Origin: an uncultured delta proteobacterium | Lineage (GTDB): Bacteria > Desulfobacterota > Binatia > UBA9968 | Direction: 5' to 3' | NCBI GenBank assembly: GCA_963801935.1 | Contig: CAWDHA010000009.1 | Coordinates: 4,609 to 68,608 of the forward strand | Length of the DNA stretch: 64,000 bases | Part shown: positions 12,254 through 22,258 of the stretch, piece by piece | Layout of the letters: each line of letters opens with the position of its first letter | How positions within the stretch are numbered: position 1 is the first letter of the stretch | Made by a program: the position numbers and the translations under genes | The notes under the pieces: model-generated | What the model saw: the letters and a program-made list of their open reading frames with translations, nothing else | Told to the model about the DNA's origin: nothing | Database searches by the model: none

Positions 12254-12739
12254 TTATTGGGCGACGCGCACGCGGGCGGGTCTGAGCAAATCATCGCCCC
12301 AAAGATAACCGCGCTGCAGCTCCTCGGCGACCATGTCTGATGCGATCTCAGCGCTTGCCACCGTGCCGATGGCCTCGTGCAATTCCGGGTTGAACGCCGC
12401 GCCGACGCTTTTGAGCGGCGTGACACCCTGAGCCGCCAGCACGCCGAGCAAGTTTCGTTGCAGCGCTTCGAGGCCCTCGACCACCGACGAAGGCGCGTCG
12501 CTCAGGTGTTGCAGCGCTCGATCGAAGCCGTCGATCACGTCCAGCAAAGATAGAATAACCTCGCGCTTGCCGCCGCGCTCCGCGCTCGCCCGCTCGCGCT
12601 CAACGCGACGCCGGTAGTTATCATGATCCGCCAGGGCGCGTAGATACATGTCGTGCTCGCGCCGCACTTCTTCCTTGAGACGCTCGACTTCGGCGGTTGC
12701 GTCGCTTGAGCCGGCTGATTGGTTTGTTGTTGCTTCCAT
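12254..12739 (-). CDS. grpE: Nucleotide exchange factor GrpE
   Basis: 161 aa with a coiled-coil N-terminus and a GrpE C-terminal pattern (...FDRALQH...GVTPLKSVGAAFNPELHEAIG...), between dnaK and the dnaJ-like gene. Confidence 0.9.
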   Translation of the reverse strand: MEATTNQSAGSSDATAEVERLKEEVRREHDMYLRALADHDNYRRRVERERASAERGGKREVILSLLDVIDGFDRALQHLSDAPSSVVEGLEALQRNLLGVLAAQGVTPLKSVGAAFNPELHEAIGTVASAEIASDMVAEELQRGYLWGDDLLRPARVRVAQ

Positions 12740-12751
12740 TGTTAACCCGTC

Positions 12752-12819
12752 GGAGTGCTGCAGTACTGGAGTGATGGATTGGCGCGCCCGGAACTCATTA
12801 CTCCAGTGTCCGGCACTCC
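12752..12819. repeat. Hairpin repeat (TACTCCAGT family) in the dnaK-grpE spacer
   Basis: The arms GGAGTGCTGCAGTACTGGAGTGATGG and CTCATTACTCCAGTGTCCGGCACTCC form an imperfect inverted repeat. Confidence 0.55.
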
Positions 12820-12825
12820 ATCCTT

Positions 12826-14733
12826 TTACGTCTGTTTAAACTCTGCATCAATGACATCGTCGTCGCCTCCACGGCGGCTGCCCGGCTGCGCCCCGCCGGA
12901 GCCGGGAGGCTGTCCTGCCGCTGCGCTCTCCGGATTCTGATTTCCCGAAGCCAAACCGTGAGCGAGCTGCTGCAGATCATTGGCGAGCCGGCGCAGCTCA
13001 GCCACATCGGACGAATTATTCTTCACCAACTCACGGGTCTCGGCGATCAACTGCTCGGCGCGCGCTTTCTCGTTAAGCGGCACGCGCGAGCCAAGCTCTT
13101 GCACCTGGCGCTCTACCTGATAGGCGACTGAGTCGGCGCCATTGCGCGCCTCCACTTCTTCCCGACGCTTGCGGTCTTCTTGAGAGTTCGCCTCGGCATC
13201 GCTGACCATGCGATCGATCTCATCTTTTGAAAGCTGGGTCGAGCCGCTGATGGTGATCTTCTGCTCCTTGCCGCTCTGCTTGTCTTTGGCGGTGACGGTC
13301 AAGATGCCGTTGGCATCGATGTCATAGGCCACTTCGATCTGCGCTTGGCCACGCGGCGCCGGCCGGATCCCCTCGAGGCGAAAATTGCCGAGGGTGCGGT
13401 TATCGCGCGCCAGCTCGCGCTCGCCTTGCAATACGTGAATGTCGACCGCCGATTGGTTGTCCTCGGCAGTCGAGAATGTTTCCGACTTGCGCACCGGCAC
13501 CGTGGTGTTGCGCTCAATCAGCTTGGTCGATACGCCGCCCAGAGTCTCGACGCCGAGAGAGAGCGGAGTTACATCGAGCAGCACGACGTTTTTCACCTCG
13601 CCGGCGAGCACCCCGGCCTGGATCGCCGCGCCTATGGCAACGACCTCGTCGGGATTGACCGACTGGTTGGGTTCTTTGCCACCGGTTAGACGGCGCACAA
13701 GAGCTTGCACCGCCGGCATCCGAGTGGCGCCGCCGACCAGGATCACCTCGTCGATGTCGCGCTCGCTGATCTTGGCATCCGTAAGAGACTGTTTCACCGG
13801 AGCGACGCAGCGCTCTATCAGATCCGCCGTGAGCTGTTCAAACTTGGCGCGCGTCAGTTTCATTTCGAGGTGCTTGGGGCCGGAGGCATCGGCGGTGACA
13901 AACGGCAGGCTGATCGTGGTCTCCACCGCGCTGGATAGTTCGATCTTCGCCTTTTCCGCGGCTTCGATGAGGCGCTGCAAAGCCTGGCGATCTTTTCTCA
14001 AGTCAATTATCTGATCGCGCTTGAATTCCTCCGCGACCCAGTCGACGATACGCTTGTCGAAGTCGTCGCCGCCGAGATGGGTATCGCCCGAAGTCGCGCG
14101 CACTTCAAAGACGCCGTCGCCGACGTCGAGGATCGAGACGTCAAACGTACCGCCGCCCAGATCAAACACTAGAATCGTCTCGTTCTTTTTCTTGTCCAGG
14201 CCATACGCCAGCGCAGCCGCGGTGGGCTCGTTGATGATGCGCAGCACATTGAGGCCGGCGATTTTACCGGCGTCCTTGGTAGCCTGGCGTTGCGCGTCGT
14301 TGAAATACGCCGGCACCGTCACGACCGCATCGTTGACCTTTTCACCCAGGTATTTTGCCGCATCGTCGGCGAGCTTGCGCAGCACCAGCGCGGAAATTTC
14401 TTCGGGCGCATAGAGCTTGCCCGCGATCTCAAAGCGCACGGCGTCGTTCGGGCCCGCCATGACTTTGTAAGTCACGTTCTTTAACTCCGACTGCACTTCA
14501 GAATAGCGCCGTCCGATAAAGCGCTTGGCCGAGTAAATGGTGTTTTCCGGATTCAGCACGGACTGGCGTTTCGCTATTTGCCCGACCAATCGCTCGCCGG
14601 CTTTAGTGAAGCCGACGACCGAGGGCGTGACGCGGCTGCCCTCGCTGTTGGTAATCACGACGGGCTGACCGCCTTCCATGACGGCGACCACTGAATTAGT
14701 GGTGCCCAGATCTATGCCTACAGCCTTTGCCAT
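12826..14733 (-). CDS. dnaK: Hsp70 chaperone DnaK
   Basis: 635 aa with hallmark motifs [17 protein letters not shown] and [11 protein letters not shown]. Confidence 0.97.
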   Translation of the reverse strand: MAKAVGIDLGTTNSVVAVMEGGQPVVITNSEGSRVTPSVVGFTKAGERLVGQIAKRQSVLNPENTIYSAKRFIGRRYSEVQSELKNVTYKVMAGPNDAVRFEIAGKLYAPEEISALVLRKLADDAAKYLGEKVNDAVVTVPAYFNDAQRQATKDAGKIAGLNVLRIINEPTAAALAYGLDKKKNETILVFDLGGGTFDVSILDVGDGVFEVRATSGDTHLGGDDFDKRIVDWVAEEFKRDQIIDLRKDRQALQRLIEAAEKAKIELSSAVETTISLPFVTADASGPKHLEMKLTRAKFEQLTADLIERCVAPVKQSLTDAKISERDIDEVILVGGATRMPAVQALVRRLTGGKEPNQSVNPDEVVAIGAAIQAGVLAGEVKNVVLLDVTPLSLGVETLGGVSTKLIERNTTVPVRKSETFSTAEDNQSAVDIHVLQGERELARDNRTLGNFRLEGIRPAPRGQAQIEVAYDIDANGILTVTAKDKQSGKEQKITISGSTQLSKDEIDRMVSDAEANSQEDRKRREEVEARNGADSVAYQVERQVQELGSRVPLNEKARAEQLIAETRELVKNNSSDVAELRRLANDLQQLAHGLASGNQNPESAAAGQPPGSGGAQPGSRRGGDDDVIDAEFKQT

Positions 14734-15231
14734 AAATTCCTCCTATTGGAAATTTGGAACTGATCGACGCAGCATGCGCAGGGCGCACTGCGCTCCGAGG
14801 TTTGCAAAACGCGCCTAACTCAATTTTAACTGGAACGTATGTGAAGTCGTAGATTGCGGCTGTAAGTGCGCAGGCCCCTGGGGAATGTACCTATTAGGAA
14901 CGGAACGCTGGGTTCAACGCACTACATTGTAAGGTTCCGGCGTGGCGAATCCCCAGATCCACAGCCCGCTCACGCCGTTAGACAATCCGCAACTCTCATG
15001 CCAAATCCATGCGCTCTCTGGCGAGTTTAGTTTGGATACAGGCTTCACCGTCAAATGGCCCACGCAGGTATTGCCGGAGTTGCCTAAGATCTGCTTTAGC
15101 TCCGAATTGGTCGTCTGGAATTACAAATATTTCCGATCCCAGGGACAAACCTGAAGTGCGGTGTCCTGACACCGGGACAGCTAAGTCGAGGCATCTCACT
15201 TCCTGACCATTGCGACTGAAAGATGGAATTT

Positions 15232-15423
15232 TTAGTGATAAACCCGTGAACCGCGCTCTAGCTGTGGATTGAATCGAAGCCGTTCGGATGCGACGAGATC
15301 GGACAGAATACACTCAACCACCAAATATACCGCTGTGGGGTCAGGAATGTGAGGCTTAACCTGATCGGTCACGGCGACAATCAGGTCGCCGAGAGTTGTT
15401 TTAATGGTTTTGTGTGAGCGCAT
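15232..15423 (-). CDS. Hypothetical small protein (63 aa)
   Basis: ATG 15423 is preceded by TAGGAGATACA. It lies in a more AT-rich stretch between dnaK and trxC. No family recognised. Confidence 0.35.
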   Translation of the reverse strand: MRSHKTIKTTLGDLIVAVTDQVKPHIPDPTAVYLVVECILSDLVASERLRFNPQLERGSRVYH

Positions 15424-15666
15424 TGTATCTCCTAAGCGATCCCAACTGCTGCGGGAGCAACAACGGTGCCAGAGTGGCAATGCTGGTACAAGTGTTGCTC
15501 CTTTTGAAAGCTATTAACCTGATTACAGCAGTGCAACGATCACTAGATAATCGCTATATCTGTCTCGGAAGACTTGGCCCCGCAGAGAGAAATAAGAACC
15601 GAGATAAGGGAACCGCCGCCATTTGAATTCCGCATCGCCGGATTCTCGGCGTTATCGGGAGGAGAA

Positions 15667-16113
15667 ATGACTGACTCGCAACTGATCCGTTGTCCCGCCT
15701 GCAGCGCGACCAATCGTGTACCTCTGGAAAAGGTCGCGCGCCATCTTAAGCCTGTATGCGGTCGCTGCAAAACGCCCTTGGAGCTCGACACCAAACCATT
15801 GGTCGTCACCGATGCGACATTTGCCAGCGAGGTAGAGCATTCGCCTCTGCCCGTGCTGCTCGACATCTGGGCGCCCTGGTGTAGTCCTTGCCGCATGGTC
15901 GCGCCAGTGCTGGAAGAGTTGGCTCGGGAAATGGCCGGGCAGGTGCTCGTGGCGAAGTTAAATGTCGATGACAATCCGGCGACTGCCGCACGGTTCAACG
16001 TGACGAGCATTCCGACTCTCCTGGTCCTTAAAGGCGGCAAGGAGGTCGAACGGATCGTCGGCGTGCGTCCCAAAGCTGAAATCGTGCAACGACTGCAAAA
16101 GGTTGCCGCGTGA
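15667..16113 (+). CDS. trxC: Thioredoxin 2 (zinc-finger thioredoxin)
   Basis: N-terminal CPAC...CGRC zinc finger followed by a thioredoxin fold with WAPWCSPC. ATG 15667 follows GGGAGGAG; the listed ORF starts at 15574. Confidence 0.9.
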   Translation: MTDSQLIRCPACSATNRVPLEKVARHLKPVCGRCKTPLELDTKPLVVTDATFASEVEHSPLPVLLDIWAPWCSPCRMVAPVLEELAREMAGQVLVAKLNVDDNPATAARFNVTSIPTLLVLKGGKEVERIVGVRPKAEIVQRLQKVAA

Positions 16114-16634
16114 TCAGCGCTTAACGGGTACCCGGCGGCGAAAATCGCCGCGCGCTCAACTGTTGGAGCCTGCGCTGATGCCAATTGCGAAGACGGGGTT
16201 CTACGTCGATGGGCTCGGTAGGAGATCGTCATAACCTCCAAGTGGGATCTGACCGAGTCCACAGTGACGGCTTATCCATGCGGCGTGCTCGGCACAGCGC
16301 TGGTCTCTGAGATACTGGGACGTTGACGGCGCCCGGACGGCAACAGCTACCATCGCATCGCCAATCGGTAAACTTTCAGCGAACTCGAACAGAAGTTCCC
16401 CGAGATCGGCTGCCGAACTATCCGCGCCTAGCAGCCCGTGGTGAAAGTCTGACTGCATTCGACTTGTGATCGATCCCCGTTGGCTGCGTTGCTCCTCCCC
16501 TCAAATATTCTCCGATAATTTCGGTCGTCGCGCCTTGCCATCAGGGCGCCTCGTCCGTCTCGGTGCGACGCCACACTTCAACGCAGTGTAAGGCGGAGGC
16601 GGAAGCCTCGTAGAGAGCGGACACATGAGTATCA

Positions 16635-16672
16635 CATTTCGAATGCGAAATTCGAATTTCGAAATTTCAAGA
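16635..16672. repeat. AT-rich TTCGAA palindrome repeat
   Basis: CATTTCGAATGCGAAATTCGAATTTCGAAATTTCAAG shares a 20-mer with 4694-4713. Confidence 0.7.
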
Positions 16673-17053
16673 GGCCTCCTCAAGGTACAGGTCCATTGGC
16701 CGCCCTTCGATTTGACTCAGGGTGGTGAGCTTGTCGATCCACGACCGGAGAGACTTTCTCCTCGGCCGTAATCTCGTGAATATGCGGGCCAGCGCCTTGA
16801 GCTTGTTTGTCCTTTAGCCAAGTCGACCCGGGCGCAAGCCGGCACGCGCTTGCGCTTTAAAATTCCTCGATTCCGGCCGGCGCCCGCGCTCTCAAAGCGC
16901 TAACTCTTCTCTCTTGCATATTTCAATGAAGACGCTGCCTGGCGTTGCAAATTGCACGTCTTCTGAAAACGCACGAGTTGTGAAAGCGAATGATTTCGCT
17001 CCGATGTAGCTCGGTCCGTCTTTTGCCATAGAGTTCTAGCGAGGTACGCACAA

Positions 17054-17137
17054 ATGTTTGACATCATCTTTGTCTCCATCCCGATAGCATTCCTGGCGCT
17101 TTCATTGGCTTATGTTGGCGCATGCGATCGGCTGTAG
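17054..17137 (+). CDS. Candidate 27-aa hydrophobic peptide upstream of kdpF
   Basis: Hand-translated MFDIIFVSIPIAFLALSLAYVGACDRL. Its TAG stop overlaps the AGGAGG that serves kdpF. Unlisted because it is too short for the track. Confidence 0.3.
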   Translation: MFDIIFVSIPIAFLALSLAYVGACDRL

Positions 17138-17146
17138 GAGGCCACC

Positions 17147-17236
17147 ATGGGACTGGAGTATATCGTTGGCATAGTCGTAGCGCTGCTGCTTCTGGGTTAT
17201 CTGCTCTATGCGCTTCTCTGGCCGGAGAGATTTTAG
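17147..17236 (+). CDS. kdpF: K+-transporting ATPase subunit F (29 aa)
   Basis: Hand-translated MGLEYIVGIVVALLLLGYLLYALLWPERF. It has the typical KdpF length and a C-terminal YALL-PE-F pattern, follows an AGGAGG RBS, and lies directly upstream of kdpA. Confidence 0.8.
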   Translation: MGLEYIVGIVVALLLLGYLLYALLWPERF

Positions 17237-17329
17237 GCGAAGACGAGCTGCTTCAGCGCTCTCCTTTAGATCCGGTCCGTCGAAGCGCTGCAAAACGACA
17301 TCGCGACTTGAGTTTCAGGCGGAGAAATC

Positions 17330-19051
17330 ATGACGATTAATGGATGGATTCAGATCCTATTTTTTGCGTTGGTTGTTTTTTTTCTAACCAAGCCTCTGGG
17401 CGTTTATATGTTCCGGGTCTTTGAAGGAAACCGCCAGCCGCTGGCGAGATTTTTTGGTCCCATCGAACGTTTGCTTTACCGTTTATGCGGCGCCGATCCG
17501 CGAGAGCAGCAAACCTGGAAACAATATACCGTTGCTATGTTGGTTTTCAGCGCCGTAACCTTGCTGGTGACCTATGCCATCCTGCGGCTGCAACACATCT
17601 TGCCATTGAACCCGCAGAACTTCGCGCCGTTGCCGGCGGAGCTGGCATTTAACACGGCGGCGAGTTTTACGACTAACACGAACTGGCAATCGTACTCCGG
17701 CGAGTCGACGATGAGCTATCTGGCGCAGATGGCCGGACTCGCCTGGCATAATTTCATTTCAGCGGCAGCCGGTATCGGCATCGCCCTGGCACTGGCGCGC
17801 GGGCTTACGTATCGATTAGAGCCCGATGCGCCAAGGACGATCGGCAATTTCTGGGTCGACCTGATTCGCGTGAACCTCTACGTGCTGATCCCGTTTTGCG
17901 TGCCGCTAACTTTGTTACTTGTTTCTCAGGGCGTCATTCAGAACTTTGCATCCTACGTGGAAGTGGCGACCCTCGAAGGAGCGCAACAAGTTCTCGCCAT
18001 GGGCCCGGTGGCCTCGCAAGAAGCTATCAAAGAATTCGGCACCAACGGCGGCGGATTCTTTAACGCCAATAGCGCGCATCCGTTCGAGAGTCCCAATCCG
18101 TTCACGAATTTCATCGAGATGGTGTTGATTTTCGCGATCCCTGCGGCGCTCACCTACACTTACGGCCGCATGGCTCGTGATCAGAGGCAAGGTTGGGCAA
18201 TCTTTGCCGCCATGGCTGCTTTATTCTTGATGGGTGTGACGGCAGCGTATTACTTTGAGGGCGGCGGCAATCCGGTGATGCGAGGCTTGGCGGTCGATCA
18301 AACGTTGGGAAATATGGAAGGGAAAGACGTCCGTTTCGGTGTCGCAAGCTCGGCGCTGTTCGCGGCCGTTACCACTGCCGCGTCGTGTGGCGCGGTCAAC
18401 TCCATGCACGATAGCTTCACGTCTTTGGGGGGTCTTGTGCCGCTGCTCAACATCCAACTCGGCGAGGTCATTTTCGGCGGCGTCGGCGCCGGGCTTTACG
18501 GCATGCTGGTGATGGTTTTGTTATCGGTCTTCATCGCCGGGCTGATGGTTGGGCGAACTCCTGAATACCTGGGCAAAAAGATCGAAGCGCGCGAGATGAA
18601 GCTTGCGATGCTTTATATTCTCATCTTTCCCCTCGTCATTCTTGTCTTCTCCGGCTGGTCGGCTGCTGTGCCTTATGGCGTCTCGTCATTGAACAATGCC
18701 GGACCCCATGGTCTCAGCGAGATCCTCTACGCGTTCACGAGCGCAACCGGCAACAATGGCTCGGCCTTTGCCGGCCTAAACGCGAATACGCCGTGGTACA
18801 ACGTGACTCTGGGCTTGGCGATGCTCATGGGGCGCTTCTTGATGATTGTGCCGGCGTTGGCAATCGCCGGCTCGCTGGTCGGAAAAAAAGCCGTGGGCGA
18901 AAGTCTGGGTACTTTTCCGACCAACGGCGCTCTGTTCGTCGTGTTACTGGTCGGTGTCATCCTGATCGTCGGGGCATTGACTTTTTTCCCAGCGCTCGCG
19001 CTCGGGCCTATCGTTGAACACTTTTTGGCTCAAGCAGGAAAGGTTTACTGA
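17330..19051 (+). CDS. kdpA: K+-transporting ATPase subunit A
   Basis: 573-aa polytopic protein with KdpA-typical segments ([34 protein letters not shown]). Confidence 0.95.
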   Translation: MTINGWIQILFFALVVFFLTKPLGVYMFRVFEGNRQPLARFFGPIERLLYRLCGADPREQQTWKQYTVAMLVFSAVTLLVTYAILRLQHILPLNPQNFAPLPAELAFNTAASFTTNTNWQSYSGESTMSYLAQMAGLAWHNFISAAAGIGIALALARGLTYRLEPDAPRTIGNFWVDLIRVNLYVLIPFCVPLTLLLVSQGVIQNFASYVEVATLEGAQQVLAMGPVASQEAIKEFGTNGGGFFNANSAHPFESPNPFTNFIEMVLIFAIPAALTYTYGRMARDQRQGWAIFAAMAALFLMGVTAAYYFEGGGNPVMRGLAVDQTLGNMEGKDVRFGVASSALFAAVTTAASCGAVNSMHDSFTSLGGLVPLLNIQLGEVIFGGVGAGLYGMLVMVLLSVFIAGLMVGRTPEYLGKKIEAREMKLAMLYILIFPLVILVFSGWSAAVPYGVSSLNNAGPHGLSEILYAFTSATGNNGSAFAGLNANTPWYNVTLGLAMLMGRFLMIVPALAIAGSLVGKKAVGESLGTFPTNGALFVVLLVGVILIVGALTFFPALALGPIVEHFLAQAGKVY

Positions 19052-19052
19052 T

Positions 19053-21111
19053 ATGGCAGATGGTCGTTTGCAGGAACGTTCACTTTTCGATCCTGAAATC
19101 ATGCGGCCGGCGATCCTCGAGAGCTTGCGCAAGCTCGCGCCGCGACATGTGATTAAAAATCCGGTCATGTTCGTGGTGGAGATCGGCAGCGTCTTGACGT
19201 CTTTGATATTGCTGCGCGATCTGGTTACGCCCGCGCCAACCTCGGAGCCGCTATGGTTTACGTTCAACGTCACTTTCTGGCTCTGGTTCACGGTGATCTT
19301 CGCAAATTTCGCCGAGGCAGTGGCCGAGGGTCGAGGTAAGGCACAGGCCGCAACTCTGCGGAAAATGCGCCAGGAAACCAGCGCGCGGCGGTTACGTCAA
19401 CGGCCAACGCGAAGAGACGGTCGCCGCGTCGTTGTTGCGCAAAGGCGATACAGTCGTCGTTGAAGCCGGCGAAGTGATCCCTGGCGACGGTGACGTTATT
19501 CAAGGCATCGCCTCGGTCGACGAATCCGCGATCACCGGCGAATCCGCGCCGGTGATTCGCGAGAGCGGCGGCGACCGTTCGGCCGTCACCGGCGGCACGA
19601 AAGTTTTGTCCGACCGAATCGTCGTGCGCATTACGGCGAGCCCCGGCGAGTCTTTCCTCGATCGCATGATCGCTCTGGTGGAAGGCGCGGCGCGGCAAAA
19701 AACCCCCAACGAAATCGCGCTGAATATTTTGCTCGCCGGCCTTACCCTGGTATTTCTCTTCGCCTGCGTGACTCTGGTGCCGATGGCGCTTTACTCGGGA
19801 GTTGCCGCCGTCTCGATAACGGTGATCGTCGCGTTGCTGGTATGTTTGATCCCGACGACGATTGGCGGACTCCTTTCAGCCATCGGTATTGCCGGCATCG
19901 ACCGCTTGCTCAGAAAAAATGTTCTGGCGATGAGCGGGCGCGCTGTCGAGGCGGCGGGTGACGTGGACACATTGCTACTGGATAAGACCGGCACGATTAC
20001 TCTGGGTAATCGTATGGCTACGGAATTCATTACGCTTAACGGAGAACGCCTGGCCGAGTTGGCCGATGCGGCGCAGCTCGCGAGCTTGGCGGACGAGACG
20101 CCCGAAGGCCGCTCCATCGTCGTTCTCGCCAAAGAGCAGTACAGCCTGCGCGCTCGCAAGGTCGAGCAACTCGGCGCGAAATTTATACCGTTCAGCGCTG
20201 AAACGCGGATGAGCGGCTGCGATCTCAATGGCCGGCTGATCCGCAAGGGCGCGGCTGACGCGATTATCCAGCACGTCAAAGCTCTCGGAGGAAGCGTCTC
20301 ATCCCAACTCGAAACCATCACCCAGCGGATCGGCGATAGCGGCGGCACGCCGCTCGCGGTCTCTGACGGCAATCGGATTCTCGGCGTCATTCACCTCAAA
20401 GACGTCGTCAAAGGCGGCATCAAAGAGCGTTTCGATCGCTTCCGCGCCATGGGCATTCGCACCGTCATGATCACCGGCGACAATCCACGCACCGCCGCGG
20501 CGATCGCGCGCGAAGCCGGTGTCGATGATTTCCTCGCTGAAGCGACCCCCGAAGCGAAGCTGCGCTTGATCAGAAATGAGCAGGCGAAAGGCAAGCTCGT
20601 GGCCATGACCGGCGATGGCACCAACGACGCGCCGGCGCTGGCGCAAGCGGACGTCGGCGTTGCCATGAACACTGGCACTCAGGCGGCCAAAGAGGCCGGC
20701 AATATGGTTGATTTGGATTCGAACCCGACCAAGCTTTTGGAGGTCGTCGAGATCGGCAAGCAGATGCTCATGACCCGTGGCGTCCTGACGACCTTCTCAA
20801 TCGCCAATGACGTGGCCAAATATTTCGCGATCATACCGGCGATGTTCATGGGCGTGTATCCGGAGATTGCGCCACTAAATATCATGCATCTGGCTTCGCC
20901 GCAGAGCGCGATTCTTTCGGCGGTGATCTTCAACGCCATCATTATCATCTTGCTTATTCCGCTGGCGCTCCGCGGTGTGCAGTATCGCCCGATCGGCGCC
21001 GGACCGTTGCTGGCGCGCTCTCTGCTGATTTACGGCGGCGGCGGAGTCGTAGCGCCGTTTGTCGGTATCAAACTGATCGACATGATTTTAGAAGCTGTCG
21101 GGCTGATATGA
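19053..21111 (+). CDS. kdpB: K+-transporting P-type ATPase subunit B, reading frame broken (+1) near 19392-19398
   Basis: The N-terminal 113 codons ([17 protein letters not shown]...[24 protein letters not shown]) are in one frame. The rest ([25 protein letters not shown]...DKTGTIT...[11 protein letters not shown]) continues one nucleotide downstream. Confidence 0.9.
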
Positions 21112-21135
21112 TGTTCTGTGCAAAAGGAGTTGGGC

Positions 21136-21262
21136 GTCTGTTCCGTCATTCCCGTACAGTTGGGAATCCAGAACCCCACTTGATCTCCCCGTTTGCTAAG
21201 GAAGGAGAAACAGAGAGGGTCGTATGAGCTGTCGCCGCGGCTGGGCCGGAATGACGACAGAC
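21136..21262. repeat. MITE-like element inserted between kdpB and kdpC
   Basis: Terminal inverted repeats GTCTGTTCCGTCATTCC (21136-21152) and GGAATGACGACAGAC (21248-21262). Internal hairpin ATTCCC/GGGAAT. It accounts for most of an unusual 189-nt kdpB-kdpC spacer. Confidence 0.6.
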
Positions 21263-21300
21263 TTCTGTGATGATGCTGAGGCCGATGATTAGGAGAAAAA

Positions 21301-21916
21301 ATGAACACGTTGATCATCGCGATTAGAGCGACCGTCGTTACGATTGTTTTAACCGGGCTCCTCTATCCATTTATAATGACGGGGTTGGCCCAGGTGCTCT
21401 TCCCCTGGAGAGCCAACGGCAGCCTTATGACGGATGAAAAAGGGCAAGTCGTTGGCTCCGAATTGATCGGCCAGGGGTTCGCCAATCCGGCCTATTTTCA
21501 GCCGAGACCGTCGGCGGCGGGCGAAAAAGGTTACGATTCGACCGCTTCGTCGGGCTCCAACCTCGGCCCGACGTCGAAGAAGTTGCAGGACCGAATCAAA
21601 GACGATCTCGCGCGGCTGAAAGAACAAAACCCTGCAAGCCACAGGTGAGGTCCCAGCGGAACTCGTTACCGCTTCGGCCAGCGGGCTCGATCCACATCTT
21701 TCACCGGAGGCGATGCTCTGGCAGTTGCCGCGGGTTGCGCAGGCACGCGCTGTCGCTCCCGAGCGCATCAAAGCCGCGGTCGATGCGCATATTGAAGGAC
21801 GAACTTTCGCCATACTAGGCGAGCGCAGGGTCAACGTGCTGCGGCTGAACCTGGCGCTCGATCGGCAATTCGGCCGGCCGGCGCCGCTGCCGGTTACAGA
21901 GAAAAAAACAACATAG
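21301..21916 (+). CDS. kdpC: K+-transporting ATPase subunit C, reading frame broken (+1) at an in-frame TGA (21646-21648)
   Basis: The N-terminal part (..LYPFIMTGLAQVLFPWRANGSL...SGSNLGPTS...LKEQNPASHR*) stops at 21648. The conserved EVPAELVTASASGLDPHLSPEAMLWQLPRVA...VNVLRLNLALD continues in the +1 frame to 21916. Confidence 0.88.
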
Positions 21917-21972
21917 ACGCCGCTGGATCTTTGAGCGCTGATGAATTAAAAGCCGCAGTTTTTTGCACGATC

Positions 21973-22230
21973 ATGGACCGGCTCACGATTTTTGGTTTGT
22001 TTGCGGTTACGGCAATGCTCGTTTGCTATGCGCTCGAGGATCGCAGTCATTGGTCTGTCCTGGGCTTCGCCCTGGCGTGCGCGCTGGGATCGGCGTACGG
22101 CTTTCTTCAGGGCGCCTGGCCCTTTGGCGCGATTGAGGCGATCTGGTCGCTCGTTGCCTTGGCGCGCTGGCGGAGAAAGATCCGACCGCTCCGCCCCTCC
22201 GAAAAGCAATCAACGGCTCGGATCAAATGA
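21973..22230 (+). CDS. Small hypothetical membrane protein (85 aa)
   Basis: MDRLTIFGLFAVTAMLVCYALEDRSHWSVLGFALACALGSAYGFLQGAWPFGAIEAIWSLVALARW... has 2-3 predicted TM helices and lies between kdpC and the kdpD-N gene. Confidence 0.5.
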   Translation: MDRLTIFGLFAVTAMLVCYALEDRSHWSVLGFALACALGSAYGFLQGAWPFGAIEAIWSLVALARWRRKIRPLRPSEKQSTARIK

Positions 22231-22258
22231 GAGACTTAATCGCGGAAAAAATACTCTG

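Noticed and set aside
15543-16262. 239-aa minus-strand ORF covering trxC
   Set aside because: It is antisense to a textbook thioredoxin-2 gene (zinc finger plus WCSPC). It has Ser/Thr/Ala-rich shadow composition.
16201-16458. 85-aa minus-strand ORF downstream of trxC, and the 105-aa ORF at 14996-15313
   Set aside because: No RBS, no recognisable motif, and overlap with other frames. Evidence is insufficient to call them genes.
16939-16957. Sigma-54-like -24/-12 element CTGGCGTTGCAAATTGCACG upstream of the kdp micro-ORFs (attractive because an NtrC-type regulator is nearby)
   Set aside because: GG and GC are spaced one nucleotide too far apart relative to the TGGCAC-N5-TTGC consensus, and sigma-54 promoters do not tolerate spacing changes. 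The same problem (one nucleotide too short) applies to TGGCACGATGCCGCTTGG at 25324-25341.
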